A stretch of DNA of 64,000 nt from Nemertoderma westbladi (lineage: Eukaryota; Animalia; Xenacoelomorpha), in contig JAUCBJ010006248.1 in assembly GCA_032718475.1 (NCBI GenBank), positions 1-64,000 of the forward strand. Reading direction: 5' to 3'. Position 1 is the stretch's first letter. Every line of letters starts with the position of its first letter. Below, in pieces: positions 1 to 10,600 of this stretch. A model generated the notes under the pieces. That model did not search any database. It was not told the origin of the DNA and saw nothing but the letters and a program-made list of their open reading frames with translations. Made by a program: the position numbers and the translations under genes.

Positions 1-308
1 GGCATCCTCCAGGGAGACACACTTGCACCATTCTTGTTCATAATTGTGGTTGACTATGTTCTACGCATGTCCTTAGATCATCATAATGATGATGGGGTGA
101 TGATAACTCCACCACTGGCTCCAGAAGTCGAGGAAATCCTGCCAAGTACCTAACTGATCTAGACTTTGCTGATGACTTAGGAGTACTCTCAGAATCACTA
201 GAGGGAGCCCAACGGCTCCTCAGCTCATTAGAACATGCTGCTTCTAGTGTTGGTTTTATTAACTTCAGAAAGACCAAAATTTTGACAGTTAACTTTGAAA
301 GTTCTCAG
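1..308 (+). mobile_element. RTE-like non-LTR retrotransposon (LINE), RT region, 5' part of a copy split by the Gypsy insertion
   Basis: Translates GILQGDTLAPFLFIIVVDYVLRMSL...LTDLDFADDL (RT motifs QG.. and FADD). Nearly identical to the minus-strand copy at ~27620-27910. Confidence 0.9.
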
Positions 309-443
309 TGTCATATATTGATATTATGTGCTAGGCCTAGGTTCAGGCTACTGGTGTTTACCACCGGTATCTGATCAGTCAGTCAGTCTTTGTTTTTTTA
401 GTTTATTAAAACCTACAGAACGGTAACAGGTATTATTACATCC
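309..443 (+). repeat. 5' LTR of Gypsy element (~135 bp)
   Basis: TGTCATATATTG...TATTATTACATC, repeated at 4418-4549 with a few differences. Confidence 0.9.
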
Positions 444-503
444 ATTTAATAAACTAAAATTGAATATGGAATAAAGCCTTATAAAACTGCATTAAGATAT
501 TCA

Positions 504-3500
504 ATGGAGAAGTTCCTAAAACCAGAGAGGTTTGACGGAAACCCAAATACACCAAACGCGGCTAAAGAATGGCTACATTGGCGTCGCACCTTCGACAACT
601 TCATACAGGCAGTCAAGCTATTGCAACCATACAAGCTGAACACGCTTATTAACTATTTGACACCTTCTGTCTTTGAGTATGTATCAGAATGTACAACATT
701 TGAAACCGCAATCAACAAACTGGAGAAAATATTCGTAAAACCTAAGAATGAAGTTTATGCGAGGCACAAACTAAACACCCACAAACAACTATCATCCCAA
801 TCACTCGATGAATTCCTTCAGAACTTGCGAACGTTAAGTAAAGACTGCGATTATAGGGCCATGACGGCTGAGCAGCACAAAGAAGAATCTGTACGGGATG
901 CTTTCATTGCTGGGCTTTCATCGCCTACTATTCGCCAACGGTTACTTGAAAATGAGAAGCTCGATCTCGATTCCACCTATAATCAGGCACGCACCCTAAA
1001 CAATGCTCAGAAGAACAGTGCACAATACGAGCAAGGTGATTCTCTGAACCCGAATCAAACACCGGTAATAGTATTGACAACCGGTACAGAACCTTTAGTA
1101 GCTGCTACTACCGGTACTAATCAGATTAACTCCAGTTCAAACACAACGCGACCGAAGTCTACAACAAACATGAGCACTCCTGTTTCAAATCAGAAATGTT
1201 TCTTCTGTGGCAACAATCGACATTCACGGATAAACTGTCCAGCTCGCGAGGTAACCTGTAGTAAGTGTGGAAAACGAGGCCGTTTTGCTAAAGTTTGTCA
1301 GAGCGCAAAATTTTCCTCGTCGTCAACAACAGCTGCGATGTTTGATGCGGCCGTATCTACTAGTACTAATAATCTTGGATATCTAGCCACTACTGGTGGT
1401 ACTAAGCAGATTTGTCATAGGCCTGATAAAACTGTGATATCAGTTCTAATAAAAGACAAACAATTTAATGGTTTGATAGATACTGGAAGTGTATATAGCT
1501 ATATTGGCGAAAAATTAGTCAGAAACCAAAACTTAACCGTCTTCCCTTCAACTGGTACAGTAAAGATGGCGGACTCATCCACATCTTCGATTACTGGCTG
1601 TTGTATAGAAGATATTTCTTTATCAAACAGGCATTACAAGAAAGTCTTCCTACTCGTTCTTCCAAACTTATGTGAGGATGTGATACTTGGAAAAGATTTC
1701 TTAAAACAACATCATGCTGTTGAAATACAGTTTGGAGTTGAACAACCAACTCTAAATATTTGTGGTGTTGCTGCTTCCACACTTACCCCGCCTACATTGT
1801 TTTCATTCCTTACTCCAGACTGTAAACCCATTGCGACAAAATCCAGAAGATTTTCTCAGCCAGACCAAGTTTACATTCAATCAGAAATTGAACGCCTGTT
1901 GTCTGAGAATATCATTGAACTTAGTATTTCACCTTAGCGTTCACAGATAGTTATCGACACCAAAAGCGACGGTAAAAAGCGAATGTGCATCGATTACTCC
2001 CAAACAATTAACAGATTCACCCAACTAGACGCATACCCCTTGCCAAATATGAGAGATTTGGTTAACAAAGTGGCTGGCTACAAGATTTTCAGCCAACTCG
2101 ATCTAAAGAGCGCTTACCATCAAATTCTTTTACCGGAGGAAGACAAAGTATATACTGCATTCGAAGCTAACGGTCAACTTTATCAATTCAATCGTATGCC
2201 TTTTGGACTAACCAATGCAGTGGCGCAGTTTCAAAGATCAATTAACGAGTTTGTTGCTCAAAATAAACTGAAAGATACATTCGTTTGGCTCGATAATGTT
2301 GTAATATGTGGAAATTCGCAGGAGGAACATGATTTCAATTTAGAAACATTTTTAGCTGCTGCGAAGGGGGTCGGGTTTACGTTTAATGCCAGTAAATCTG
2401 TCTTTTCAGTTACTTCTTTCGACTTTTTGGGCTTTCGAATTTCAGAAGGAACCATTGCTCCCGATCCAGATCGGTTAAAACCGCTGAAAGAACTTCCGGT
2501 TCCCAACAACACAGCTTCACTACGTAGAGCAATGGGAATGTTTTCTTATTACTCACAATGGATATCTCATTACTCCAATAAAATTCGACCGCTGGTAAAT
2601 TCAAGGGCGTTTCCACTAAGCCAAGAATGTGTATCTGCGTTTGAATTAATCAAGAAAGATATTGAAAACTCAATAGTGAGTTTCATTGACGAAGCTATTC
2701 CTTTTGTGGTCGAGACGGATGCGTCTGACTTCGCAATTTCTGCTACTCTGAATCAAGATGGCAAGCCAGTTGCTTTTTTTTCGCGAATGTTGACACACAG
2801 TGAACTTCGTCATTCTTCGGTTGAAAATGAAGCACAAGCTATAGTTGAAGCTCTACGCAAATGGCGACATTATTTAATTGGTAGAAATTTTTCACTTATC
2901 ACAGATCAGTGATCCGTTTGTTTCATGTACGATAAACAAAAACTTGGCAAGATTAAAAACGATAAAATTATGAGCTGGCGCATCGAACTTTCCTCATTCT
3001 CGTATGATATTGTATACAGACCTGGGAAATTAAATTTACCTGCCGAAGCATTATCGAGAGTTTCCAATTGCAACGCATCTTCTACGCCCTTCCACAGTCT
3101 CCCAGAATTACATGAAGCCTTGTGTCACCCTGGTATAACGCGAATGATCCATTTTATACGTTCAAAAAACTTACCTTACTCTATAGAAGAAGTCAAGAAA
3201 GTGTGTTCATCTTGTCGCACTTGTGCAGAACTGAAACCAAACTTCTACAAGCCTACCGATGCAAACCTTATTAAGTCTACCCAGCCATTTGAATGTTTAA
3301 ACATTGATTTCAAGGGACCTTTACCATCAAATTCTCAAAATAAATACATGTTAACAATTATTGACGAGTTTTCACGATTTCCATTTGTTTTTGCTTGCCC
3401 CGAGTCTCTACAGCTACAGTAATATTGTGCTTCACTCAATTATTTAGCATTTTCGGCATGCCTGCTTTTGTACATTCCGATAGGGGTAGCGGTTTTATAT

Positions 3501-4258
3501 CTAATGAACTGCGCCAATATCTACACTCACGTGGTATTGCCACTAGTCGTACCACATCATACAACCCTCAAGGAAATGGGCAATGTGAACGATACAATGG
3601 CATTGTCTGGAGAGCTATTTCATTGGCTCTGAAATCATAAGGCTCAAGCATCAATCAATGGGAGGTTGTTCTACACGAAGCTTTGCATTCTGTTCGATCC
3701 TTATTGTGTACATCCACCAATGCAACTCCACACGAACGTTTCATTAATTATCGAAGACGCTCAATGAGTGGATATACGCTGCCCAACTGGTTAACTGAGC
3801 CAGGTATTGTTCTAATGAAATGGAATGTACAGAAAAGCAAGTATAATCCTTTAGTTGATGAAGTCGAACTCCTAGAAGCAAACCCAAACTATGCTCATGT
3901 TCGTTTACCGAGTGGGAAGGAAACCACAGTTTCTATTCGACAACTAGCATCTCCCGGTACTGTTACTGGTGATGAAGATAAGCTGAACGACTTAATTGTT
4001 GAAAACCCTTTCAACAACACCAACACTGTAAACAACAGTTGCATGGTTGTTTCTCAGCAGGAGGAAGTTCCTCGTAGAGGAAGATCAGACTGTTCTCAAC
4101 CTGATCGCAACGTAATTGAAAGTAACCTTATTCATCAAACAGGGTCTGAAAGTCCAAGTAGTTCAAACATTGAAATTGGTACAGCACTGCCTGAACCAAG
4201 TACATTGGTGAGGAGATCGCAACGAGTGAGAAATCCCCCGGATTGGTATAGACCTTAA
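504..4258 (+). pseudogene. Gypsy gag-pol polyprotein, disrupted
   Basis: Gag with two Zn knuckles (CFFCGNNRHSRINC; degenerate CSKCGKRGRFAKVC), protease LIDTGS, RT (LDLKSAYHQ, MPFGL, WLDN), RNase H (TDAS), integrase (HHCC, IDFKG, HSDRG, GQCER). In-frame stops at 1935, 2910 and 3638; frameshift near 3405. Confidence 0.92.
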
Positions 4259-4417
4259 TTATGAGATAGAAATAATTCAATAATAAATATTTCAAATATA
4301 ATTATGGTGACGGGTGTTTGAGATATTAATTTCGCCATTATTAAGTTTAAAGGGATGATTGGAACCCTAACTGACAGAGAGGAGTAATTTTATGTTAGAA
4401 TTTTGGTGATGGGTGAT

Positions 4418-4549
4418 TGTCATATATTGATATTATGTGCTAGGCCTAGGTTCAGGCTACTGGTGTTTACTACCGGTAATCTGATCAGTCAGTCTTTGTT
4501 TTTTTAGTTTATTAAAACCTACAGAAAGGTAACCGGTATTATTACATCA
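4418..4549 (+). repeat. 3' LTR of Gypsy element
   Basis: Matches 309-443; preceded by G-rich GGTGATGGGTGA (PPT-like). Confidence 0.9.
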
Positions 4550-5153
4550 CTCAGCAAGTCTCTGATCGGATGAGCATAAGCTCAAAGGATGGTATGCTTG
4601 AGCATGTGGACGACTTCTGTTACCTGGGGTCATGGATCCGGAAGTCAGGTGAGGACCTTCGAATACGTAAGGGAAAGGCATGGGCAGCCTTGAATAGGCT
4701 TTCCAGGATTTGGAAGTCACCGAAAATTAATCGGAAACTTTAAGGTCCGATTATTTAGAGCAGCAGTAGTTCCAGTACTCCTCTAAGGGAGTCCATGCTG
4801 GGCTCTAACTGCTGAGGACACCAAATCTCTGGATGGCACATTCACAAGAATGCTATGCCGGGTCAAGTACAATGCACACATCTCCAACCAGACACTATAT
4901 AACATTGGAGGTGTCTCATTGGTTCCCCCAAGCTTGACACTAGAACAAAATCGCCTCTGCTTTGCAGGACATTGCATGGTAAACAGCCCATGACTTTCTT
5001 GAGACGCATCTTAAAGGTCACTGGCCTTGAAGATGCGGATGATCTAGCAAATGTCATGGGTGATAGGGAGTTGTGGCGGCACAATTTTGTCGACAAGCTG
5101 GCACAGCATTCTTAAAAATGCAGCTGCAATGCAGCATGCCGATACTAGTAGTA
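4550..5153 (+). mobile_element. RTE-like LINE, 3' part of the split copy, ending in a (TAG)n tail
   Basis: Continues the LINE exactly after the TSD (HVDDFCYLGSW...RIRKGKAWAALNRLSRIWKS). Its 3' end GCAGCTGCAATGCAGCATGCCGAT.CTAGTAG matches the copy at 8881-8940 (minus). Confidence 0.88.
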
Positions 5154-5737
5154 GGGTTGCCATGATAAGACTCTGGGGTTACTTGGAAGAGAGAAGTAAA
5201 AACGAACTAATCAACCAAAACTATCAACAGGTTGAGAAAGCTAACGAAGATCACAAAGTGGCCTTTAACATCAGCCAGGAGAAGTTCATACAGTACAAAA
5301 TTGAAGAAATAACAACTGGTCACATAGATAAAGCAACAGTCAATCAAGAATTACCTGACAAACTGTAAATGAGTTGGAAGAGTTGTGTAAAGGTACACAT
5401 AACAGCTGATAGTCATGAAGAACATGTTGGAGATGGAGAGATCACTTCAGCAACATACTTGTGCAGCCATCAAACATTGAGTTAACTTTACAGCTGCCGA
5501 ACTCCGGATAATTATTAAAAGCATGTTTAATCATAAAGCGTATTGATATGATGAAATTTCTGCAGAGGAACATACCATTGGAGTGCTGAACACACCATTT
5601 ATTAGATGTTTGCAACCGGATGCAGAAAGGGGAACGCCACCACTATTTTGGACTAAAAATCAACTCCATCCATAGAGGTAAAATGCCGGAAATCATACAA
5701 GCTTAGGGCATACCATTGTTCTGGCATTGGGTTATCA

Positions 5738-5811
5738 TAGTGTGACATAGAAACTCTGGTTGTAGTCTCGGCTTCCACCTAGAGAGCCCAGGTTCGAATC
5801 CGACACCACGC
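5738..5811 (+). other. tRNA-derived (Gly-like) Pol III head, SINE/retrozyme-like; not a functional tRNA
   Basis: Perfect B box GGTTCGAATCC at 5791-5801, TTCCA anticodon-loop-like segment, degenerate A box; T-stem is mismatched. Confidence 0.6.
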
Positions 5812-5847
5812 TGATGAGACCCAGCAAGGTCGAAACGCGTACGTGGT
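5805..5847 (+). ncRNA. Type I hammerhead ribozyme, minimal, with palindromic stem III
   Basis: Stem I ACCACG (5805-10)/CGTGGT (5842-47); core CTGATGA (5811-17); stem II GACC-CAGCAA-GGTC (5818-31); GAAA (5832-35); stem III in palindrome ACGCGT; cleavage triplet GTA ending at 5841. Confidence 0.88.
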
Positions 5848-7500
5848 TTGGAGAGATATGATATATTAATTTCAAGAAAAATTACGCGATTCCTAAATAT
5901 GTACACTATCTGGTTAAAAAGTACGCATGTGATGGGATTAGTCCTACAATTGCGCCAATAAAAGATAAGTTATTTTCGGTAAAATAAACTTATCATTCGA
6001 GGTTAAGACCCCTAGATCCCTTCCTATAATAAATATACAGAAACTCAGGTACCCCCACTAGATGGTGAAACTGAGTACATGGCAGGCATGCTGCAACCAT
6101 TACTGCACTACTTGGCACCATTACTATTCATAATTGTATTGGATTACGTTATGAGGAAGACCACAGAGGGAGAATGAATATCTTGGATTCACACTACAAG
6201 AATGCAGAAGTAGCATATATCCGGCAACTGCAGTCACTTTGCGGACTTTGCGGATGACATCGCCCTGCTCTCTAATTCGCTAGCAGTTGTACAGCTTCTA
6301 CTGAATAAAGTGGAGAGGGCTGCTAAGGAGGTTGGATTGCATATAGATAGATGCTACCAAGACCGAATTTGAATTCGAATATTTAGATAATAATTCGGAA
6401 ATTAACATTAAATTACTTTTAATGTTAATTTTAATTAAACTTGACCACAAATAATTATTTTCCACTGAGGGAAGTTTATGTCTTCCAGTATCTTGGGTCA
6501 TAGATAGAGAACAGCAAAAAAGACATGGATTTAAGGAAAGCAAGGGCATGTGTAGCTCTATCAAAAATGGGTACTATCGGGAAATTAGACCGTGCCAGGT
6601 ACTTGAAGACCAAGTTTTTTCGAGCCAACCACATTGTAAATTGTAGTTTTATACAGGGTGAGACCTGGACACTGACGAAATAACTTGAATAACTAATTGA
6701 TGGTTGTTATCTAAGACCACTCATTCACCCATAACACCAATGGTAAACGACCACTAAGGGGAGAACTAAACATCAGCTGGAGACAACATATGACAAATGC
6801 AGAGCTTCATGGTACAATACCAACTCTAAAACCACTTTCCGTGAAAGCAGTTTGCCATTCAGTGGGCACTGTTGGAGGCTTATACATGATGTCAGACCAG
6901 ATCTACTTTTCTGGAAACGAACACAAGGAAAGCGTAGCCGTGGATGCTGGACGTCCGGCTATGACATATCTAGACCAAATGGAAAGTAATCCTGGACTTG
7001 GGAGAAATCAAATTGTGACAATTATAGAAAATTGGGAAACATGGAAGGATCCATTTCATCTGTCCGACTTCGTTCGTCCTACAGTAGTAGTAGTAGTGTA
7101 ATTATTAATATAATTTATTATTTAATGAATTATCATCATACACCACGAATATAATTACCAAGCATGCGGTCAGCCCCCTGTATTTTATGGGATTTAATGA
7201 TGACTATATCAGATATATTAAAATCATTAAAATAGACAATGCCAAAGATTTCTTTATAAAATGCATCACTTGCACAGAGCGTAAAGGAACAGATTCCAAT
7301 TAGTTTCAGCTAGTTGACCCAGATATAGCAATGACCCAGAAGACATTACCTGACTGAACAGAACAGGTGGGTGTCAATGCATCCTAATGGTGTGTCCCGA
7401 TATGTATTGTGTAAGCATATGTAACGAGTTACAAAAATAATAATAATCATGAAAAAATACAAAATATATTATATATGTATATTTATTTCACTTTTTTCAG

Positions 7501-7650
7501 ATGTTCAATGGACCACGGGATTATGGATAATACACCGGAATTTCTGTATTACAAGAGTATCTATCCTGGTGGATTAGGACAGAATATCCATGGTGATGGA
7601 AGTCCTGCCTTCCTGGAATCAGCATTGTTTAATTTCTACGACGAGGTTCA
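7501..7650 (+). CDS. Copy A exon 2 (CAP domain: CSMDHG...GLGQNI...FYDEV)
   Basis: ttttcAG acceptor, GTGAGT donor; paralogous to 30029-30184. Confidence 0.88.
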
Positions 7651-10600
7651 GTGAGTAATTGTCCACTATTAATAAAGATGTTGTTGATTTCAGGTTGCGA
7701 TTGTACTGTACAGTATCCTCACTCAAATTAGCGGGTGGCTGGGCATCGCTGATTCTGGATTTTAATGAATACATTTTTGCTAGATTGATATAGTTTTTAC
7801 TTGCAGTATTGACTGGATGGCAGCACTATTGTGGTTTCGCCAGACTGCGATTGTGGTGCACATTTACCGAAAGTGAAATAAAGTCTCATTTATTGATACA
7901 AGACAATTAGTTTAATGCCCAAATTGTGAACAATAGTACTTTACAAGCCTATGTTGTAACTATATCAGATGAATGATGATGAAATAATGTTTCTAATAAA
8001 ATATTTACTGATTTGTTGCGGAAGGGGACTCATTTTTAATCTTAAAATTATGTTTATTAACTATTCATCGCTGTTGTTAATAGTTTGAGGTTCCAGCCAA
8101 AGTAATATATTGAATTTTATGCCAAATATTTCCAGACGCTTCAACATGGAGTCTTGGAAATGCGAGGGATTTGTAAACAATATTGATATCCCAAGATGGA
8201 TGGCTTGTGGTCACTTTGACCAGTTGATGTTACAACGGCTTACAAGAATAGCCTGTGCCAGAGGTGCGACCTGCAACTTTTTGGTGTGCGAGTATTTCGC
8301 TGGTGTCAACCGTCTAATACCTTGGTGTGACCCCGGACAGGAAGACTATGAAACCTGCTTGTTTGTAAGTTTCATTTTACCAATCACAACAGATAAATAT
8401 GGAGTATGCCTGCATATTATGATGCTCTAAACTTAATTCTGTAAATGTTAAAACAAAATGTCCATCATCACTGCGCCTTCATTTTACTATTGCATATTAT
8501 ACATATTATGTATATAGTAATACAACGTTCTCCATTAGATACCGGTATATAATACTATTCCGGCACATATAAGTAAGTAATGTCGCAGTTATTCAAGAAG
8601 TTGTTATGCCATACAGTATTGTAAATTTAATCCTACCATATGCACGAACACTTACACTTATCTCCGTTGGCAGCAGCAATTTCATCTCACCATAATTAGC
8701 CAAACACTGTCTGGTTATCCCTGCTCATGGGCACAAAATTCACAAAAGTTATTCAGTATTTTTTTGCCTATATTTGAATTTACAAGCCTCTATTAGTAAT
8801 GATTGAACCAATTTCCTTATCAATAATGCTTGGGTATTATTTATACATACATACATTATACTCACAGCGCATATACATTTTACTACTACTACTACTACTA
8901 CTACTAGGATCGGCATGCTGCATTGCAGCTGCATTTTTAAGAATGCTCTGCCGGCTTATTGACTAAATTGCGCCGCCACAACTCCCTATCTCCCATGAAA
9001 TTTGCTAGATCATCCGCATCTTCAAGGCCAGTGTCCTTTAAGATGTGTCTCAAGAAAGTCATGGGCTGTCCACCATGCTTATTCACTCCATGAGGCTGCG
9101 AAAGCACATGATTATGCACTGGCTGGTCCTCACGGCGAAAGCAATGTCCTGCAAAGCGGAGGCAACTTTGTTCTAATGTCAAGCTTGGGGAAACCAATGA
9201 GACACCTCCAATATACATTATATTGCATATACATTCACAGCGCTATAAAGCTATACAGTTCACACTCAGCTTTGGAAATCCAAATTATACATTCAATCCG
9301 AATATAAACCATGAATATACCTATCTGATATTTTTTCACCTAAGTTAATATAATAAATTATCTATGACATCATAAATATATAACAATATTAAACGATTTC
9401 ACAGAACGCAGATTCAACATTTCCTTGTTTCACATAGGACATGCAAGTAGAGCAGTTCTTTAACGAAGGGACCCAATGCAGTGCCTGTCTGGATGGCCGT
9501 GTCTGTCGGGATGGTTTGTGTGCGCTTCCTGATGAAGAGAGGGACCTGGTAGAAGAATTACCAAATTGCTCCAATGATGCACATCAAGACGTAAGTTTAC
9601 AACTGTACAAGTTATTAAGTGTGGAAGGATTCTATATATCGCTCCGGGTTGTGTATCCAGATCGTGTGGGTTTAAATTATATTTAATACAGATCGGGAGC
9701 TCCATGAAACCTATTATCGACATGTTATTTAAGGATGATTTATTAATTAGCACTCCAGTTATGTATGTGTATTACGTAAAAATATCTAACCCTGGGGTGT
9801 GCATTAGGGCTGTTCGTTTTTTACTTTTTTTTCGATTTCATTGTTCTACCGGTGCGAAAAAGTTGCCAAAGGGTAAAAAATCAAGGCAAATTTTTTTTTC
9901 TAAATTCCATCAATATCTTGACGGATCCCAAGGAGGTTGAAATTTTGAGCCTTCGCGATGCACCACAATGAAATTTATAACAATATAACACATTGATGAA
10001 AGATCATTGACGCAAGAAAGAACTTCCTTCATGCATCAAATGGGTCCAAACTTAGTTAGATACCAAAATTTTAATTTTTGGATCATGGGAACTAGCGCCA
10101 CCGGCACATGGCCAGAACCTACCCTTTGGTGCAAGTGACCCTTATTCCCGATTTTCGCGATGGACATCTTTTAGTTCTCCTATGGCATTAGCATTATGCT
10201 CATTAGAACCGCAATGACCGATTTAGTGCGGGTAGACACCAAGCAAAATAAGCGTATAGAGAATAGTTCTTGAGCTATTGCAGAAAATGTTAACTATGTT
10301 ATGTTAAGTCTACATTACCACCTTGATGCGATATGAACAAATATACTAAAAATGTTACTTCTAATTATCTTAAGACATGGACTTAACATTTTCTGCAATT
10401 TATCAAGAACTATTCGCTCTACACTTGTTTTGATGGTGTCTACCCCCACTAATTGCGGTTCTAATGAGCACACCATTAATGCCATAGGAGAAGTAAAAGT
10501 TGTCCATCGCGAAAATTGGTAATAAGAGTCACTTGCGCCAAAGGGTAGGTTCTGGCCATGTGCCTGTGGCACTAGTTCCCTTGATCACAAAATCAAAATT

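Larger units (their letters stand above)
309..4549 (+). mobile_element. Gypsy/Ty3 LTR retrotransposon, full length, with very short LTRs (decayed)
   Basis: Direct repeats at 309-443 and 4418-4549 start with TG; the 3' LTR ends CA. 5-bp TSD CTCAG at 304-308 and 4550-4554. Internal order is gag-PR-RT-RH-IN. Confidence 0.95.
5160..7100 (+). mobile_element. Old, decayed RTE-like LINE of a second family, interrupted at ~5730-6070
   Basis: Fragments LDVCNRMQKG../WTK.. (~5600-5720), LAPLLFIIVLDYVMRK (~6110-6160), DFADDIALLSNS (~6244-6280); ends in (TAG)n at ~7083-7100. Confidence 0.65.

Noticed and set aside
168-180. Other CTGATGA hits (also ~9529, ~27602, ~62384) as hammerheads
   Set aside because: No stem II plus GAAA plus stem I arrangement; they lie within LINE or exon coding sequence.
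1935-1937. Programmed readthrough at the TAG after Gypsy gag-protease
   Set aside because: The stop falls inside RT at the conserved SPW tryptophan (TGG>TAG), and other stops and a frameshift follow, so this is decay.
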